A stretch of DNA of 64,000 nucleotides from Bacillota bacterium (GCA_044426085.1 JAWXUU010000002.1:36663-100662), one strand, 5' to 3'; positions 1 to 8,189 are shown, numbered from the stretch's first letter. Notes: a model not told the origin generated them from the letters alone. A program made the numbers and translations.

Positions 1-124
1 GTCGATGCCCACATCGACCCGCGGACGTGTAGAAACGCTCATAATTATGCGAAACCGCCGTGCGAACGCAAAAAAAATAAATGTGCAATCCACATCAAAA
101 CGGGTCGATGTGGGCATCGACCCC
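1..124. repeat. Pair of GC-rich hairpin repeats in inverted orientation
   Basis: Positions 1-20 (GTCGATGCCCACATCGACCC) are the exact reverse complement of 102-121 (GGGTCGATGTGGGCATCGAC). Each copy is itself a hairpin (GTCGATG / 4-nt loop / CATCGAC; copy 2 extends to a 9-bp stem). Copy 1 touches the window edge. Confidence 0.8.
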
Positions 125-360
125 TACGAGATTCGCACAAAACCAAAAATAGCATGCACGAGCAAAGCGAGTGCCATACCACAATTTTCACTTTTCACTT
201 TCAGGCGTACGCTACGCTAGCGACACTTTTCACTTCGCGTGAAGCAAGCACGATAAACCAAAAAACATCGTCGCCCAAAACCGCAACAAAAAACCTAAAC
301 AACAAACCAAAAGCTGATTCCCAAAGCGTAGTCATGCTAGCCTACGCCTTGGTTTCAAAA
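125..360 (+). ncRNA. Candidate structured non-coding RNA or remnant (function unknown, probably continues upstream of the window)
   Basis: By hand count, 168 of the first 360 nt are G+C (about 47%), against much more AT-rich flanking intergenic DNA. There is no ORF with an RBS. TTTTCACTT occurs three times (185-236). A C/A-rich tract carries CCCAA at 274-278, 320-324 and 364-368. The region is followed by an intrinsic terminator at 399-435. Confidence 0.25.
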
Positions 361-436
361 TCTCCCAACCGGGGAGCATAAATTCTATACTATACAAAAA
401 GAACGCAAGGGAATGCTAAGCCCTTGCGTTCTTTTA
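361..436 (+). repeat. Two-hairpin intergenic repeat, copy A (small TCCCAA hairpin, conserved 19-mer, terminator hairpin)
   Basis: CTCCC-aacc-GGGAG hairpin (362-376). CATAAATTCTATACTATAC (377-395) matches 22972-22990 at 18 of 19 positions. A 13-bp stem AAGAACGCAAGGG/CCCTTGCGTTCTT carries the loop AATGCTAAG (399-433), then TTTT. Confidence 0.75.
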
Positions 437-555
437 CTGCTTAAAACATTCAAATCAAACAATGATGACAAAATAACGCAGAAAGCAATTTTATAAAATT
501 CGTAAAGCAATATAAAATTACTGTAAACAAAAAGTTGAAAGTGCAAGCAATTTTG

Positions 556-584
556 TTGACAAATCATAATAAATTTGCTATACT
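556..584 (+). promoter_or_regulatory. Sigma-A-type promoter (TTGACA-N17-TATACT)
   Basis: TTGACA at 556-561, 17-nt spacer, TATACT at 579-584, upstream of the ABC operon. Confidence 0.5.
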
Positions 585-610
585 GTAAAAAATCAAAAGA
601 GAAACAAAGG

Positions 611-644
611 GGTTTCCGAAGCAATGCTTCAGAAACCTTTTTTT
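611..644 (+). terminator. Promoter-proximal intrinsic terminator or attenuator hairpin in the ABC operon leader
   Basis: GGTTTCcGAAGC-aat-GCTTCaGAAACC stem (611-637) followed by T7 (638-644). It lies between the predicted promoter and the RBS at 654-658. Confidence 0.55.
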
Positions 645-667
645 ATTTTAGTTAGGAGTTGTATTAT

Positions 668-1390
668 ATGATAGAGTTGAAAAATGTCAATAAATTTTTC
701 GGTGATTTGCACGTTTTGAAAGATGTGAACTTGACTGTTAAAGAAGGTGAAAAACTGGTTATTATCGGTCCATCAGGGTCTGGTAAGTCAACAACAGTAA
801 GATGCATGAACTATCTTGAAGAACCAACAAGCGGACAAGTTATTGTGGACGGCAATGAAATCACTCACAAAAATAAAACACACGTCGTAAGAAAAACAAC
901 ATCAATGGTTTTCCAACAATTCAATCTTTATCCCCACATGACAGTTTTGAAAAACTTGACGCTTGCGCCAATCAAATTGTTCCACAAATCAAAACAAGAA
1001 GCGGAAGCACTTGCATATCACTATCTTGAAGTTGTTGGACTAACAGAAAAAGCACACGTGTATCCTTCAACGCTTTCAGGTGGTCAACAACAAAGAATCG
1101 CAATCGCAAGAGCACTTTGTGCTGAAACAAAAATAATCCTTTTTGATGAACCAACATCAGCGCTAGACCCAGAAACAATCCAAGAAGTTTTGGATGTTAT
1201 GATAAAGCTTGCAAAGGAAAATATCACAATGGTTGTAGTAACCCACGAAATGGGATTTGCTCGCCAAGTTGCCGATAGAATTGTCTTCATGGCGGACGGA
1301 ATGATTTTGGAAGAAGGAACTCCAGAACATTTCTTCACAAACCCAAAAAATGAAAGATTAAAACAATTCTTGGGAAAAATCGTGAGATAA
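668..1390 (+). CDS. Amino-acid ABC transporter ATP-binding protein (GlnQ/HisP-like)
   Basis: Walker [10 protein letters not shown], signature LSGGQQQR, Walker [13 protein letters not shown]-loop THEM. AGGAG lies 9 nt upstream of ATG 668, so the track start at 659 is probably too long. Confidence 0.9.
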   Translation: MIELKNVNKFFGDLHVLKDVNLTVKEGEKLVIIGPSGSGKSTTVRCMNYLEEPTSGQVIVDGNEITHKNKTHVVRKTTSMVFQQFNLYPHMTVLKNLTLAPIKLFHKSKQEAEALAYHYLEVVGLTEKAHVYPSTLSGGQQQRIAIARALCAETKIILFDEPTSALDPETIQEVLDVMIKLAKENITMVVVTHEMGFARQVADRIVFMADGMILEEGTPEHFFTNPKNERLKQFLGKIVR

Positions 1391-1461
1391 CTAAGTTCTA
1401 AAATGCGGGGATAAAAATCCTTGTGTTTTTAATAAATTTTATAACTTTAAGGAGAAGTATT

Positions 1462-2316
1462 ATGAAAAAATTATTTTCTATGCTACTAGTTGTAGTGGCG
1501 TTGGTATCTATGCTATCTGGTTGTGGTTCAACATCAAGCGAACCTGCTATCGACGCATCTGAATACAGCGCAGACGTTCAAGCAATCATCGATTCTGGCG
1601 TATTGAAAGTTGGTGTTAAAAACAACGTTGAAGGTTTTGGATTCCAAAACATCCTAACTGGTGACTATGCTGGTTTGGAAATCGACATTGCAGAACTTAT
1701 CGCAGCAGAACTTGGTGTTGAAGTTGAATACACAACTGTTACAGCAGCAACAAGAACAGAACTTTTGGATTCAGGCGATCTTGATTGCGTTGTCGCAACA
1801 TTCACAATCACTGACGAAAGAAGACTAAGCTGGGATTTCACAACTCCATACTACATAGACGCAGTAACAGTTTTGGTTGAAGATGCTTCAGGTATCACTG
1901 ATTTGTCTGGTCTTATCGACACAACAATTGGTGTTTCATCAGGTTCAACATCTGCAAAATCTGTAGTTGTTGCTATGATTGAAGCAGGTCTTATTTCAGC
2001 TGATAACTACGATGCAGACACATTTGATGCTGCAACTTGGACAGAAAGCGTTTCTTTCCGTCAATATGATGACTACCCATCAATCTCTCTTGCTCTAACT
2101 TCAGGCGAAGTTGATGCATTCTCTGTTGACAAATCAATCTTGTCAATCTACAAAACAGAAGGTCGTTCATTCATTGAAGAAAACTTCTCACCACAAGATT
2201 ACGGTATTGCAACAACTAAAGATTCAGGTTTGTCTGAACTTTGCGAAGAACTTATCACAGCTTGGCTTGCTGATGGCACAATCGATGCTTTGGTAGCAGC
2301 AAACGGCATTTCGTAA
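1462..2316 (+). CDS. Amino-acid ABC transporter substrate-binding lipoprotein (SBP family 3)
   Basis: Signal peptide with lipobox LSGC; family-3 SBP-like sequence; AAGGAG RBS before ATG 1462. Confidence 0.85.
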   Translation: MKKLFSMLLVVVALVSMLSGCGSTSSEPAIDASEYSADVQAIIDSGVLKVGVKNNVEGFGFQNILTGDYAGLEIDIAELIAAELGVEVEYTTVTAATRTELLDSGDLDCVVATFTITDERRLSWDFTTPYYIDAVTVLVEDASGITDLSGLIDTTIGVSSGSTSAKSVVVAMIEAGLISADNYDADTFDAATWTESVSFRQYDDYPSISLALTSGEVDAFSVDKSILSIYKTEGRSFIEENFSPQDYGIATTKDSGLSELCEELITAWLADGTIDALVAANGIS

Positions 2317-2343
2317 GTTTAAATCAAGTAAAATACTTATAAA

Positions 2344-2418
2344 AAGTAAGACTCTTAATAAAATAGAGTCTTACTTCTTATAAGTGATTATTATCTAATC
2401 ATTTATAAGAAGTAAGAC
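2344..2418 (+). promoter_or_regulatory. Intercistronic mutually exclusive stem-loops between the SBP and permease genes
   Basis: Hairpin 1 pairs 2344-2355 with 2365-2376 (12 bp). A 23-bp hairpin pairs 2368-2390 with 2396-2418 (one G:U) and reuses the 3' arm of hairpin 1. The direct repeat AAGTAAGAC occurs at 2344-2352 and 2410-2418. Confidence 0.6.
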
Positions 2419-2434
2419 AGAGGATGAAAAAAAT

Positions 2435-3148
2435 ATGGGAAATATAACTTCAATTGACGCATGGAAAAAGGTGTGGACCTTCAAGGAGGTTTTCATAATA
2501 GGATTTGAAAACACACTGCTCACGTCGGTTTGTGCGCTCGTTATGGCATTGTGCCTGGGTATTGTGTTCGGGCTTATGTCGACAGGTGAAAGCAAAGTTT
2601 TGAAATGTATTGCAAGGGTTTATGTCGAATTCATACAAAACACACCAATCATATTGCAAATGTGCTTTTTATATTACGCCTTGGTGTTTTCCGGCAACGG
2701 AATAGGTATCCTTAACACAGGTATCGTTGCGCTAGGAATTTATCACGGTGCATATATGGCGGAAGTTTTCCGCGCTGGTATTGAAGCTATTCCAAAGGGT
2801 CAATCAGAAGCCGCGAACGCTCAAGGTTTTGGATATCTTGGAAGAATGTATTATGTAATACTTCCACAAAGTGTCAAAATTATTTTGCCACCAATGGTAA
2901 ACCAAGCGGTTAACCTTGTGAAAAACACATCATGTTTGTATATTGTTGGCGGAACAGATTTGATTTCTTCAACATATAACTTTGTCACAGGCGCAAGCAC
3001 GGGTGGAGCATACGGACCAGCATACGTCGTGTGTGGAATTCTGTTCTTTATTATTTGTTTTCCACTTTCATATTTTGCATCAAAATTGGAAATATCACTA
3101 AAACAAAGAGAGCAACGCACTCAAAAAAATACAGTAAAGGAAGGTTAA
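2435..3148 (+). CDS. Amino-acid ABC transporter permease (HisM/HisQ/GlnP family)
   Basis: Multi-TM protein with the EAA-like loop AEVFRAGIEAIPKGQSEAANAQG typical of polar amino-acid permeases. Confidence 0.85.
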   Translation: MGNITSIDAWKKVWTFKEVFIIGFENTLLTSVCALVMALCLGIVFGLMSTGESKVLKCIARVYVEFIQNTPIILQMCFLYYALVFSGNGIGILNTGIVALGIYHGAYMAEVFRAGIEAIPKGQSEAANAQGFGYLGRMYYVILPQSVKIILPPMVNQAVNLVKNTSCLYIVGGTDLISSTYNFVTGASTGGAYGPAYVVCGILFFIICFPLSYFASKLEISLKQREQRTQKNTVKEG

Positions 3149-3151
3149 AGT

Positions 3152-3919
3152 ATGGATAACGTAATGGCAAGTTTTTCAATGTTATCATTTGAAGGTGTTT
3201 TTTCCTACATCATGAAAGGTGTTGCCTTCACTGTTATAATTGCAGTTTTCGCAGTCTTTATTGGATTGGTTTTTGGATCAGTCCTTGCAATTGCAAGAAA
3301 CTATTGCACATCAAAGAAAACAAAAATTTTCAAATGGCTAGCAACTGGATATATTGAACTTTTCAGAAACACACCACTTTTGCTTTGGATTTTCATATGC
3401 TTGGTATTTTGCCCAGCACCATCAAGTATGCCAAAGTTTTGGGGACTATCAACAGTTGAAGTGAAACTTATGTTCAAAGCCGTTGTGGCGCTCATTCTGT
3501 TCACGTCTTCAGTAGTTGCCGAAATCGTTCGCGGTGGGCTTAATGCCGTTGCGAAAGGTCAATTTGAAGCAGGCCACACGCAAGGATTCAGTATCGTTCA
3601 AGTAATGATATATATCGTGTTGCCACAAGCGTATAAAAAAATCGTTCCAACACTTCTAAGCCAAGTTGTAACAACAATCAAAGATACGTCATACCTTGCA
3701 AACGTTGCGGTTATCGAACTTATGTCAAGAATAAGACAAATCATGACGGGCGCATATATGTATAACGGAACGGGCACAACTAATGTGTCGGATGTTTTTG
3801 TTTTGTTTGGTCTTGCAAGTTTGATTTACTTTATTATCAACTTCAGCATATCTTGCGTGGTAAGACACATGACAAAAGAACGCGAAAAAACAAATATTGT
3901 AAAACCAGCAACAACATAG
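3152..3919 (+). CDS. Amino-acid ABC transporter permease (second subunit)
   Basis: Paralogous permease with the loop AEIVRGGLNAVAKGQFEAGHTQG. AAGGAAGG RBS, 3-nt gap from the previous gene. Confidence 0.85.
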   Translation: MDNVMASFSMLSFEGVFSYIMKGVAFTVIIAVFAVFIGLVFGSVLAIARNYCTSKKTKIFKWLATGYIELFRNTPLLLWIFICLVFCPAPSSMPKFWGLSTVEVKLMFKAVVALILFTSSVVAEIVRGGLNAVAKGQFEAGHTQGFSIVQVMIYIVLPQAYKKIVPTLLSQVVTTIKDTSYLANVAVIELMSRIRQIMTGAYMYNGTGTTNVSDVFVLFGLASLIYFIINFSISCVVRHMTKEREKTNIVKPATT

Positions 3920-3928
3920 GAGGAAAAT

Positions 3929-4525
3929 ATGAAACCTTATGTAATAACAATTTCAAGACAGTTCGGAAGCCTTGGCAGATCAATTGCAAGCGAACTATCA
4001 AAAACGCTAGGAATAAATTTCTATGATCGCGACATAGTTGAAGAAACTTCAAAAAGATTGGGTCTTCCCGTTTCAACAATAAGCGAAAAAGAAGAAATGG
4101 CAAACACAAAATACAGCAAAAGAATATATCCGCTAGGACTTGGTGTTCCAAAATTGCAAGATGAAATTTTCATGGTGCAAAAAAACATCATTCAAGACCT
4201 CGCAAACAAAGAATCTTGTATCATTGTTGGCAGATGTGCCGAAAGCATTCTTGCATATAAAGAACGAACTATGCATGTTCATATATATGCACCATATATG
4301 CAACGTTTCCAAAACTGCACAGAAAAACTAGGCATGGATGAAGCCACAGCAAAGAAAATGATAAAAGAAGTTGACTTTTCAAGAAATCTATATCGCAATC
4401 ACTATTGCCCAGAGATTAAAAACGAAATGTCAAACAGAGATATCATGCTAGACAGCAGTAGGTTTGGTGTTGAAGGCTCAGCGGAAATTTTGGCAATGAT
4501 TGCTAAAAAAACATTTGAATTATAA
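3929..4525 (+). CDS. Cytidylate kinase-like family protein (P-loop-like, function unknown)
   Basis: The N-terminus ITISRQFGSLGRSIA resembles the cytidylate-kinase-like family. TAGGAGGA RBS. Last gene of the ABC operon, followed by a terminator. Confidence 0.6.
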   Translation: MKPYVITISRQFGSLGRSIASELSKTLGINFYDRDIVEETSKRLGLPVSTISEKEEMANTKYSKRIYPLGLGVPKLQDEIFMVQKNIIQDLANKESCIIVGRCAESILAYKERTMHVHIYAPYMQRFQNCTEKLGMDEATAKKMIKEVDFSRNLYRNHYCPEIKNEMSNRDIMLDSSRFGVEGSAEILAMIAKKTFEL

Positions 4526-4532
4526 AAACAAT

Positions 4533-4574
4533 TCCCTTTCGAGAACGCAAAACGGCAATATCGAAAGGGATTTT
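4533..4574 (+). terminator. Intrinsic terminator
   Basis: TCCCTTTCGA (4533-4542) pairs with TCGAAAGGGA (4561-4570), then TTTT. Confidence 0.6.
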
Positions 4575-4629
4575 AACGCAAAAAATCAAAATAGATTATC
4601 TAAATTATCATCAAAGGAATGGCTTTCTC

Positions 4630-5928
4630 GTGAAAAACAACAAAATTGAATTCCCTCGTATAGGACAGCGAATTATCAAGTCAGCAATAGCTGTATTTTT
4701 CTGCTATTTGGTTGACATCATTCGAAACGGCACACCGTTTTATTCGGCTCTTGCTTCAATCCAATGTATGCAACCATATAAGAAAAGCTCTAAAGCAATG
4801 GCAAAGCAAAGGATAGAAGGCACACTTATTGGCGCATTTTATGGGCTTATTGTTATATTGATTGAACTAAAATATATCAATTCGCTAAAATATGGCAATA
4901 TCATATCATACGCTCTCGTCGCATTTTTTGTATGCGTGGTGCTGTACACAACAGTTGTTCTTAAGAAAAAATCCGCATCATATTTTTCGTGTGTGGTGTA
5001 TCTCAGTATAACAATGATTCACATAACAGATGCCGATCCCTACCTTTTTGTGTTCAACCGTGTGGCAGACACTTTCATGGGACTTGCAATTGGAATGACA
5101 ATCAACGCAATACACCTTCCTAGAAAAGTTGATAAAGAAACGCTTTTTGTTACTGGGCTAGACAGTGTTATAATAGACCCAAAAAATCAACTTCTTGATT
5201 ACAGCAAGGTTGAACTTAACCGATTGATTGAAGATGGAGTCATGTTTTCTATTGTCACAATGCGAACGCCCGCTTCTTTTTTGGAAGCAGTGAAAGATAT
5301 AAATTTCAAACTGCCAGTTGTTGTGATGAACGGCGTTGCAATTTATGATATAAAGAATAACAACTACATAAAAAAACATGAAATTCCCCACGATAACGCC
5401 GTAAAACTCCACAAGTATATCAATGAGAGCGGTCACAATTGCTTTGTAAATACAATTGAAGAAAGTTCAGTGATGATACAGTATCAAAATTTGACAAACG
5501 AAGGTGAAAAGGCAATATATGAAAAGTTGAGAACATCGCCTTATAGAAACTATACAAAAAAAGAAGAAAATACATTCCTTTATGAGGACGTAGCGTACTT
5601 CATGGTGATGGACGAAACATCAAGAATTGTAAATCTAAGGCGGAAACTGTGCGAAAACGGCTTTTTGAACGACTTTGAAATTTTGCATTATCCATCTGTC
5701 GACTATCCGCACTTTTCATACATGAAGATATATGATAAAGGAGTATCAAAGCAAAGTATGCTTGCCCAGCTTAAAAACCATCTCAAAGTTGAAAACAGTT
5801 GCAGTATTGGTTCTGTTGCAGGCGGATACGATATTGTGATTTCTGAGCACACAAACGGAAACGCGGTGATAAAACAACTCAAATCACTTGCCGAGCCAGT
5901 CCAATTTTCACCTGTCAAAAGAAAATAA
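4630..5928 (+). CDS. Fusion protein: N-terminal aromatic-acid-exporter/FUSC-like membrane domain plus C-terminal Cof-type HAD-like domain with degenerate catalytic motifs
   Basis: About 160 aa of TM-rich sequence resembles the ArAE/FUSC family. The C-terminal ~270 aa resembles HAD-IIB (Cof), but motif I reads GLDSV instead of DxDxT. GTG start. Confidence 0.55.
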   Translation: MKNNKIEFPRIGQRIIKSAIAVFFCYLVDIIRNGTPFYSALASIQCMQPYKKSSKAMAKQRIEGTLIGAFYGLIVILIELKYINSLKYGNIISYALVAFFVCVVLYTTVVLKKKSASYFSCVVYLSITMIHITDADPYLFVFNRVADTFMGLAIGMTINAIHLPRKVDKETLFVTGLDSVIIDPKNQLLDYSKVELNRLIEDGVMFSIVTMRTPASFLEAVKDINFKLPVVVMNGVAIYDIKNNNYIKKHEIPHDNAVKLHKYINESGHNCFVNTIEESSVMIQYQNLTNEGEKAIYEKLRTSPYRNYTKKEENTFLYEDVAYFMVMDETSRIVNLRRKLCENGFLNDFEILHYPSVDYPHFSYMKIYDKGVSKQSMLAQLKNHLKVENSCSIGSVAGGYDIVISEHTNGNAVIKQLKSLAEPVQFSPVKRK

Positions 5929-5993
5929 AACAAGAAAACAAGCGATAAAATAAGAAAACAAACAAGAAAATAAATAAGAAACCAAATAAGTAT

Positions 5994-6028
5994 CAAAAAA
6001 ATCCACCCAAGAAATTTGAGTGGATTTT
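5994..6028. terminator. Bidirectional terminator between convergent genes
   Basis: A-run, ATCCAC (6001-6006) paired with GTGGAT (6020-6025), then T-run. Confidence 0.5.
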
Positions 6029-6033
6029 GCATA

Positions 6034-6543
6034 TCACTTAAATAAATATTCTCTTCTCATTTGCAAAACAGATTCTTTATCATAATTTTTGTCTGCAATT
6101 GATTTATTAAAATCAAGCAAAGGTTGAAATTTCAGTTTCAAAAGTTCATCGCAAATTTGGTCGGTTGTTGCGGGTTTGTTTATCGTAACAAAATATTCAA
6201 ACAGATTGCTTGTGAAATAATCAGAAACGGGATATTTGCAACTCATGGCAAACTCGTCGATTGCAAGTGCGTAGCTGTCAAACTGCGAAAGCAGAAATTT
6301 TGGCTCGCGAGCTACTTTTTTCAAGATAATAACTTTGCTAAAGCAAACGTAAACCCAAGCAAGGAAGAACAAAAACAAAAGGAAATAATATCCTTCGTAA
6401 AGTATCATAAGCGTCAAAAAAGTTATCATCACCATTGTCACAATCAAAAGAAGTGCAATGTGAAAATGTATCTTTTTTTTGCTGGCAACAACAAAGTTTT
6501 CAGTTGCGTCATATTGTTTTTTGTATTCGTAAGGCATGTCCAT
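6034..6543 (-). CDS. Hypothetical membrane protein (2 predicted TM helices)
   Basis: 169-aa ORF with an AAAGGAGA RBS and TTGACT-N17-TATAAT upstream on the minus strand. I recognise no family. Confidence 0.5.
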   Translation of the reverse strand: MDMPYEYKKQYDATENFVVASKKKIHFHIALLLIVTMVMITFLTLMILYEGYYFLLFLFFLAWVYVCFSKVIILKKVAREPKFLLSQFDSYALAIDEFAMSCKYPVSDYFTSNLFEYFVTINKPATTDQICDELLKLKFQPLLDFNKSIADKNYDKESVLQMRREYLFK

Positions 6544-6697
6544 AAAAATAATTCTCCTTTAGATTATTATAATTCAAAAAATATTAAAAGTCAATAGCAA
6601 TTAAAAGAATAATAAATTGTCAAAATTTGGTAAATTATGGAAATATATCTTGACTTTGCAATAAATTTCGTAATAGAATATATAAAAGGGGTGAGCC

Positions 6698-8119
6698 ATG
6701 CAAAAAATACATAAGATAATTTCTATAATTTTAATTATTTCGCTACTTGTGGTGTGTTTTTCTGCATGCAGTGGTTCTCAAACAATAATCCCAACTCCAA
6801 CGGAAGGAATAATAAATGCAACAAATTATACAGTTGTGTTTGGCGACAATCTCACATACGACACAAGTTTAGAAATAAACGATGGCGACAGCATAACGAT
6901 AAGTTTTTGGTTTCCCACTGATGTTGAAAGTATATGTGAAGAATATGTTGAAAAGTATAAAGACATACACAAAAACGTCACTTTCAAAACAAAATCATAT
7001 CCGTGGGACGAATATTGGACAGAGCTTACAGATGCTTTGGAAGGTGGGACAGGCCCAGATATTTATTGGATGAACACAGCGTATCAAAGCACACTTATTG
7101 AATATGCCAATCCGCTGTCGGAAGAAAACTTTCCAAAAGATGATATGGAACTTGACTTTCGCAATTTTTATGCCCATGCAATTGATGATGAAATCTATTT
7201 TGTAGATTTGGGATACACCGCGCCAATAATGTTTTATAATAAAACACTGTGGGGAGAAGCAGGCTACAGCGAAAGCGACCTTCCAACCACTTGGTCGGAA
7301 CTTATCGTGACATCATTATCAACAACAACAAACAATATTCTTGGTGAAACCACTGTTTCGGGGTTTGATTTTTCAGGAAGTAATAACTTTTTGACAATCC
7401 TTACTGCAATGAACTATCAAAGCGGAGAAATGCAGTATTCCTACGGCGGTGAAGAAACAAATTTTTATAATGATATCTGTATTGAAAACATGGAATATCT
7501 TTCAAGCTTCATAAATTCATACGGTATCAGCACATACACATCTGTCGCAAACCGCGACAAGCTTGGATACGAGCAAACAGTTATGATTTGTGACTACACA
7601 TGGGTATATCTTTATATGCAAGAAGTGTATCCTGATATAGAAATTGGCGTCTTTGCAATGCCTGAATTCATTGATGCCCCCGCAATCAGCTCTATGTATA
7701 GCGATGTTTCGCCTTGCATTTCTTGCGAATCGTCACAAGAAAAGATAGAGGCAAGTGAAGACTTTCTGAAATTCTTGCTATCATATGACAACTTCATCAA
7801 AGATTATTCACTTGCAAACGCACTTTATCCAAGCAAGTATTCTCTCGACGATGATAAAGATATTCTCGCAGATCCCGTGCTCTCAGTTTTATCCGAAACA
7901 ATTGATAGAACAATCTTGATTGCACCACCATCTGCAACTATTGAATCAATCAAAACATACTATCTTCAAACGGCATACCTAAGCGGAGCAATAACAGCAG
8001 AAGACGCAACAATGCAAACGGATATAGAATGCAAAAGTGCACTGTCTCAGCTTGATTATGAATCGCTAGAGAAATTTTATAAATATATAATTTGGTTCTA
8101 TAAATCAGACGAAATATAA
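6698..8119 (+). CDS. Extracellular solute-binding lipoprotein (ABC family-1, sugar-type), orphan
   Basis: Signal peptide with lipobox FSAC; the size and sequence character of a carbohydrate SBP; no adjacent permease or ATPase genes. Confidence 0.6.
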   Translation: MQKIHKIISIILIISLLVVCFSACSGSQTIIPTPTEGIINATNYTVVFGDNLTYDTSLEINDGDSITISFWFPTDVESICEEYVEKYKDIHKNVTFKTKSYPWDEYWTELTDALEGGTGPDIYWMNTAYQSTLIEYANPLSEENFPKDDMELDFRNFYAHAIDDEIYFVDLGYTAPIMFYNKTLWGEAGYSESDLPTTWSELIVTSLSTTTNNILGETTVSGFDFSGSNNFLTILTAMNYQSGEMQYSYGGEETNFYNDICIENMEYLSSFINSYGISTYTSVANRDKLGYEQTVMICDYTWVYLYMQEVYPDIEIGVFAMPEFIDAPAISSMYSDVSPCISCESSQEKIEASEDFLKFLLSYDNFIKDYSLANALYPSKYSLDDDKDILADPVLSVLSETIDRTILIAPPSATIESIKTYYLQTAYLSGAITAEDATMQTDIECKSALSQLDYESLEKFYKYIIWFYKSDEI

Positions 8120-8153
8120 TGAAAAAAATTTCGAAATAATAACTAAAAAATGC

Positions 8154-8182
8154 TTGACATATAATCTTAAAAGTTGTATTAT
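8154..8182 (+). promoter_or_regulatory. trp operon promoter (TTGACA-N17-TATTAT)
   Basis: TTGACA at 8154-8159, TATTAT at 8177-8182. Confidence 0.55.
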
Positions 8183-8189
8183 CTATTTA

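Noticed and set aside
5-381. Two + strand ORFs (71 and 75 aa) in the left-edge region
   Set aside because: They have no RBS, and their products are low-complexity and biased (K/R/T/P-rich). They overlap hairpin repeats and a terminator module. The region is better explained as non-coding.
385-624. 79-aa minus-strand ORF across the intergenic region upstream of the ABC operon
   Set aside because: It runs antisense through the promoter and terminator elements, has an AT-rich Phe/Leu/Ile-biased composition, and has no SD.
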